64,000 nucleotides of DNA from Longimicrobiales bacterium. GTDB lineage: Bacteria; Gemmatimonadota; Gemmatimonadetes; Longimicrobiales; Gaopeijiaceae. Where the stretch lies: positions 224,001 to 288,000 of the forward strand of contig CBDCNQ010000002.1 of assembly GCA_965219445.1 (NCBI GenBank), in the 5' to 3' direction. How positions within the stretch are numbered: the stretch's first letter is position 1; each line of letters opens with the position of its first letter. Below the pieces are notes generated by a model. The model had not been told where the DNA came from and ran no database searches. It saw nothing but the letters and a program-made list of their open reading frames with translations. This document shows, in pieces, positions 59,340 through 64,000 of this stretch. Both the position numbers and the translations under genes were made by a program.

Positions 59340-61663
59340 TTGATTTGGCGCGAGTTGAGGCGGCGGAAGGTCGTCAGGGTCGTGGTCGCGTATGCGGTCG
59401 TCGCCTGGGGGCTGCTGGAGGTCATCACGACGGTCGAGGAGCCGCTTAACCTCCCAGCGTGGACGGACAGCCTGGTCATCGTGCTGCTCGGGCTCGGATT
59501 CGTCGTGGCCGTCTTCCTCGCCTGGGCCTACGAGCTCACCCCGGACGGGATCGCGCGCGAACGGCCCACGGTCTCGGAGGGGCCCGCGACCGCCGCACCT
59601 CGATTCGTGAGCTACGCCGCGACCGCCCTCGTGGCCGCGCTGCTCGGCGCGGCCTCCTATTCGTTCCTCGTGGGGGACAGGGATCGAGAGTGGCTGGAGC
59701 GCGTCGCGCTTCCGGACATCGATGCGCGTCTGGAGGTGGCAGATTGGCACGGAGCATACGCGCTCGCGAGGGAGGCGGAGGCTCGGCTTCCGGAAGCGCC
59801 CGAGCTCCGGGAGCTATGGCCTCGTCTGGCGTGGCGAACGACGATCGGATCCGATCCGGCAGGAGCGATCGTCTCATACCAACCATTCGATCGTCCGGAA
59901 GACGAGTGGGTGGTCCTGGGTCGCACGCCGCTGGAGGACATCCACTTCCCCTACGGCCTATCCCGTCTCCGGCTCGAACTCGACGGCTACCGCACGTTGA
60001 AGCGCACCGTCGGGGGCGGGCACGTCAACTGGGAGACGCTTGCGGCGCGATCAGCGAACAGTGCGCTCTCGCTGCTTGTGGGACCGGAGACGTTCGTGCT
60101 CGATACGGAGGAGACGCTGCCCGAGGGGAAGGTCCGCGTCGCCGGCTGGCGCCTCAACCTCGACGGCGAGTCCATCCTTCTTCGGGAGTACTTTCTCGAC
60201 CGATACGAGGTCACGAACGCACAGTTCAAGGAGTTCGTCGATGCGGGCGGCTATCAGCGGTCGACCCTGTGGGATCCGGTCGTCGTCGATGGGGACACCG
60301 TTCTGTGGGACGAGGCGCGAACCCTGTTCACGGACCGCACCCTTCAGCCTGGCCCCAGCACGTGGGAGGCGGGGGACTATGCCGCGGGCGAGGACGACCT
60401 CCCCGTCTCCGGCGTCAGCTGGTACGAGGCGGCCGCCTACGCCCGATTGGTCGGCGAAGAGCTCCCGACCGCGCATCACTGGCGGCGCGGCCTCGCCATG
60501 GCGACGCTCCCGTGGCTCCTGCCCGCAAGTAACTTCGACGGTGAGGGGGCCCGGTCCGTCCTGGAGAGTCGTGCCATGAGCTACACAGGTGCCTTCGACA
60601 TGGCCGGTAACGTGCGGGAATGGACGGCCACACAGCTCGGCGATCAGTACGTCGTCCTCGGCGGCAGCTGGAACGATCCGTACTACATCGTCGGAGAGGC
60701 CAGGATAGCCCCGCGGCCCCTCCGCTGGACCGGTCCCCGGGAAACGGCTTCCGGCTCGCTGTGACCGACGAGGAGCCAGAGGTGGCGTCGCGCGTACGCG
60801 CTCCTGTCACCGAGGCCCAGAACCTGTCCCCGGGGCTCATGCGACAGCCGGTGTCGAACCAGGTATACGCCGCGTGGGGAGGGCATTTCGACTACGACCG
60901 GGGGCCGCTCAACGTCGTCTCGGACGAGCCGGTGGACTCGCGGAGTTGGACCCGGGAGCGGATCACCTTCGATCCCGGCTACGACGGCGAGCGCATGGTG
61001 CTCTACCTGTATCTGCCTACGATCGGGTCACCTCCGTTCCGAACAGTCGTGTACTGGCCGGGCTGGGACACGTTCCGTCTCGAATCCGTGAACGAATACT
61101 TCGCAAAGCAAGCCGACTTCCTCCTCAAGAGCGGACGGGCCGTTGCCTTTCCCGTCTATCTCGGGAGCTTCGAGCGGGGCGACGGCACAGGCAGAAGGCC
61201 CGCCTTCAACACGACGGCTTACCGGGACAACACGATCGCGGGCGTCAAGGATCTACGCCGCACGCTGGACTACCTCGAGACCCGTCGCGACATCGATCAC
61301 CGATCCTTCGCGTACCACGGCTACAGCTGGGGAGGCGTGAACGGCCCCACGGCCCTGGCGCAGGAGCCCCGCCTCCGTTCGGCCGTCATCTCCGTGGGCC
61401 CGCTTCCGGAGCTGGGCGCGACGCCCGAGATCGATCCGATCAACGCGCTTCCCAGGGTCGAGGTACCGCTCCTATTGCTGAGCGGCGAGTTCGACGCCAT
61501 AGCTCCGATGGAACAGTCGCGCCGGTACTTCGAGCTCGTCGGCACCCGAGAGCAGCAAAAGAAGTGGGTGGTCACGCACGGAGGTCACTTCGTCCCGCGC
61601 GACGTACTGATCCGCGAGACCCTGGGCTGGCTCGACCGTTACCAGGGGCGGCCCGGGGGGTAA
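59340..61663 (+). CDS. Membrane-anchored FGE-sulfatase-domain / alpha-beta hydrolase fusion (frameshift near 60700)
   Basis: WRELRRRKVVRV TM leader; DRYEVTNAQF, PVSGVSWYEAAAYA, DMAGNVREW; then GYSWGG, SGEFD, GGH catalytic-triad motifs. Confidence 0.8.
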
Positions 61664-61777
61664 CACGGAGGGATCCACGCTCTCGCTTCAGCACTGATTC
61701 GAGCACAACCGCATAGTACTGTTAGTAGGCGGACGCAGGGGCGCCGACTCTGCAGGTCAGAGGGTTTCATCGTTTCG

Positions 61778-63475
61778 GTCTAACACTTATCAGGCCCCCG
61801 GAGTCAAGAGCGCGCAAGTTCCCTCCTCCGCGCTGCGGAGCGGCGCCGTAAGCGGAGTGAGCATCGGTCGCTGAGTCCTCTGACTTGGTTTCCGTTAGCA
61901 GGTGCGAGCGCAGTGAGCTCTGCACCAAACACTTATCGAGGTTTAACCGCCGGATCTCCCTCGAGGCGAGCTCGAAGGCGGCGGAGCAGGAGCCTGCTGG
62001 CCGCTCCTACGACCTAGAAATTCATCTGTGCCCTCGTGCCGTCCGACTCCATTCAAGGAGAGCAGGCTCGGGCCGTGAGGCGGCGGGCCAGTTAGCTCCG
62101 GGCTCGGGTGAGGGGCAGAGTCCTGAGTGAGACCGACTCGATGTGTGGGGAGCGGGAGGAGGCGTCCAATCAAGCGAGGCGGCTGTCAGGCATCCGGTGC
62201 CCGCTCGAGTTAGAAATCAAGGCTCACAACCTCCCCTCCCCGTCAGGTGCGTGTATAGAAGCGTTCGGTGTCGAATGCCTCCCGGTTCTTGAGCATGAAG
62301 TAGGTGGCGCGTCCGATGCGAGCCGCAAGGATGCTGAGCGCCTTGCCCTTGCCGTGGCGGCGCGCGAGCCTCTTGAGATGGGCCTGGCCGCGGACGTTGT
62401 CGCGAAGGAAGAGGACGGCCGCCTCACTGAACGCCCACTTGAGGTGTGCGTTGCCGATCTTGGCTCCTCCGCTGCCGACTCGCTTGCCTGCACTGCGGTG
62501 CTCGGGCTTGGCGAGTCGACAGTAGGAGCTGAAGCGCTGCACCGTGCTGAAGCGAGCGATGTCGTGGATCTCATAGAGCAGCGTGAGGGCCAGGATGCGG
62601 CCAATGCCGGGGATGGTTCGCAGCCGCTGCAGCGTGTCGTGGTCGTGGACGCGGGCTTCTTCTTCGATCGTGCGCTCGAGTTCTCGGATCACGGGGTCGA
62701 AGCGATCCGCGAGTGCGAGATCCGCCTCGATGGTCCTCTGGATCATGCGATCGTCGAATGCCTGGGCCAGTCCCTCGCGGTTCTTCTTATAGAGGAGCTG
62801 ACCGGAGGGCCGAGGCAGGTTGTACTGATGAAAGGTGTTACGGACGTGGGCGAGGAGTTCGCCGCGCTTGCGTACGAAGTAGAGTCGGCGCCGGAGCACA
62901 TCGCGCGTGGCTCGCATCTGCGGGGGATAGACGTAGGCCACCGGAAAGGCACCCCCGCGCAGCAGCACCGCCGTCTTGTGGGAGTCGATGTGGTCGTTCT
63001 TCGCCTTGGCCCCATGGATCGCCTTCATGTAGAGCGCATGGCCGAGCACGAAGGGGATCTGCTCGCGAGCACAGAGATCGGCGAGCCAGTACCAGCAGAA
63101 GATGCACTCGCTGCCCACGACGAGATCTGAACGGTACGGCTCGAGGGCGCGAAGCAGTGCCTCGCGCTCACAGCGTAGCCTCTTGTGTAGTCGTATCTTG
63201 CCCTGGCAGTCCAGGATACAGAGGTAGAGCGTGCGAGCGTGAAGGTCGATGCCACAGTAGTATCGATGCTGGCCGGTGTAGAAGCGCATGGTTCCCCTCC
63301 TGGGTTGGATGGATCGAGCGTCGCGCTCTGATCATTCCGTCCTCTCTCTGAGAGGTCCAGGAGGGGGCCTGCATGAGTATCAAGCGATTGCTCCTGTCGC
63401 GTTAGACATCAGGCTCGCGCGCTTCGCTTCCGGTCGGCATTTTGGACGCGCAGCAGAATCGCAAGTCCGTTAGAT
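61778..63475 (+). other. attC site (~101 nt reconstructed: 61778-61784 + 63382-63475) split by IS110
   Basis: GTCTAAC AAGCGATT[G]CTCCTG[T]CGCG ... CGCGCAGCAGAATCGC AAGTCC GTTAGAT: RYYYAAC, GTTRRRY and two extrahelical bases. Confidence 0.85.
61785..63381 (-). mobile_element. IS110/IS1111-attC-type element, copy 2 (transposase 62243..63289)
   Basis: Same length and transposase as 50103-51699; one C/T difference noticed near 61833. Confidence 0.92.
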
Positions 63476-63496
63476 GGCATGTACGCTAGTCTCTCC

Positions 63497-64000
63497 ATGA
63501 AGCGAAGAACTGCCATACCACGACGTTCCGCGGCCGCCCGACACGTACACAGCAGGCAATGTCCTTAGTCGGTTCATGGACGGCCTGGAGTTCCGTTATC
63601 GATGGGCCACCGAGGGGCTGACCGATCAAGATCTTGCCTTTCGGATCCGTGACTCGGCTCGCAGCACCAGTGAGACACTCGAGCACATCTATAACATCGT
63701 CGAGATGACCGAGTACGCGTTTTCCGGCGAGACCTACCTGCTGCCAGAACAAGACGTGGATCTGTCTGTCTCCGACTTGCGGCGTCTCACGCTGGATCGT
63801 GTGAGCAGAATCAGTGGCCTACTGAGCGGCCAAAATGGGGAAGACCTCGAGGCACTCCAGGCCCGCTTCCAGCTAGGTGACGAGGAGCACACCTTCCCCT
63901 TTTGGAATACGGTTAACGGCACGATGTCCGATGCCATGTATCATGTAGGTCAGGTGGTCAGTTTCCGGCGAGCCTCAGGGAACCCAATCGATCCAACGGC
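63497..64000 (+). CDS. DinB-like protein in second cassette (partial; probable 1-nt frameshift just after ATG)
   Basis: Manual translation: EELPYHDVPRPPDTYTAGNVLSRFMDGLEFRYRWATEGL...ETLEHI...DAMYHVGQVVSFRRASGNP. Confidence 0.7.

Noticed and set aside
63401..63407. GTTAGAC inside the attC as an alternative core site
   Set aside because: Only 19 nt from the inverse core; the arm pairing and extrahelical bases fit GTTAGAT at 63469.

Overview
High-GC bacterial window, probably Gemmatimonadota (inferred from the look of the 16S and the SusC/SusD pair; not database-checked). Positions 1-50 kb are an accessory region shattered by IS elements (IS110, IS256, IS3, IS30, IS630) and by recurring ends of P4/CP4-57-like intA/alpA integrative elements. 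This region holds an exopolysaccharide cluster (gmd, rmd-like, wzx, wza-like, wzc-like, wzy-like, glycosyltransferases) apparently split by an IS256-bounded inversion, a frameshifted TM0106-type nuclease/helicase, SusC/SusD, a PLP decarboxylase, tRNA-Pro and a broken S8 protease. Positions 52-59 kb carry tRNA-His and an rrn operon. Its 23S gene has two group I introns at E. coli-equivalent L1917 (no ORF) and L1951 (LAGLIDADG endonuclease), separated by a 34-nt exon. Directly after the rrn terminator is an integrase-less integron-like array: attI-like site, 2.7-kb cassette, attC, second cassette. The attC is interrupted by an IS110/IS1111 element whose 3' non-coding region visibly carries guide segments matching the attC target. 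Two other IS110 elements also show target-matching bridge/seekRNA guides.
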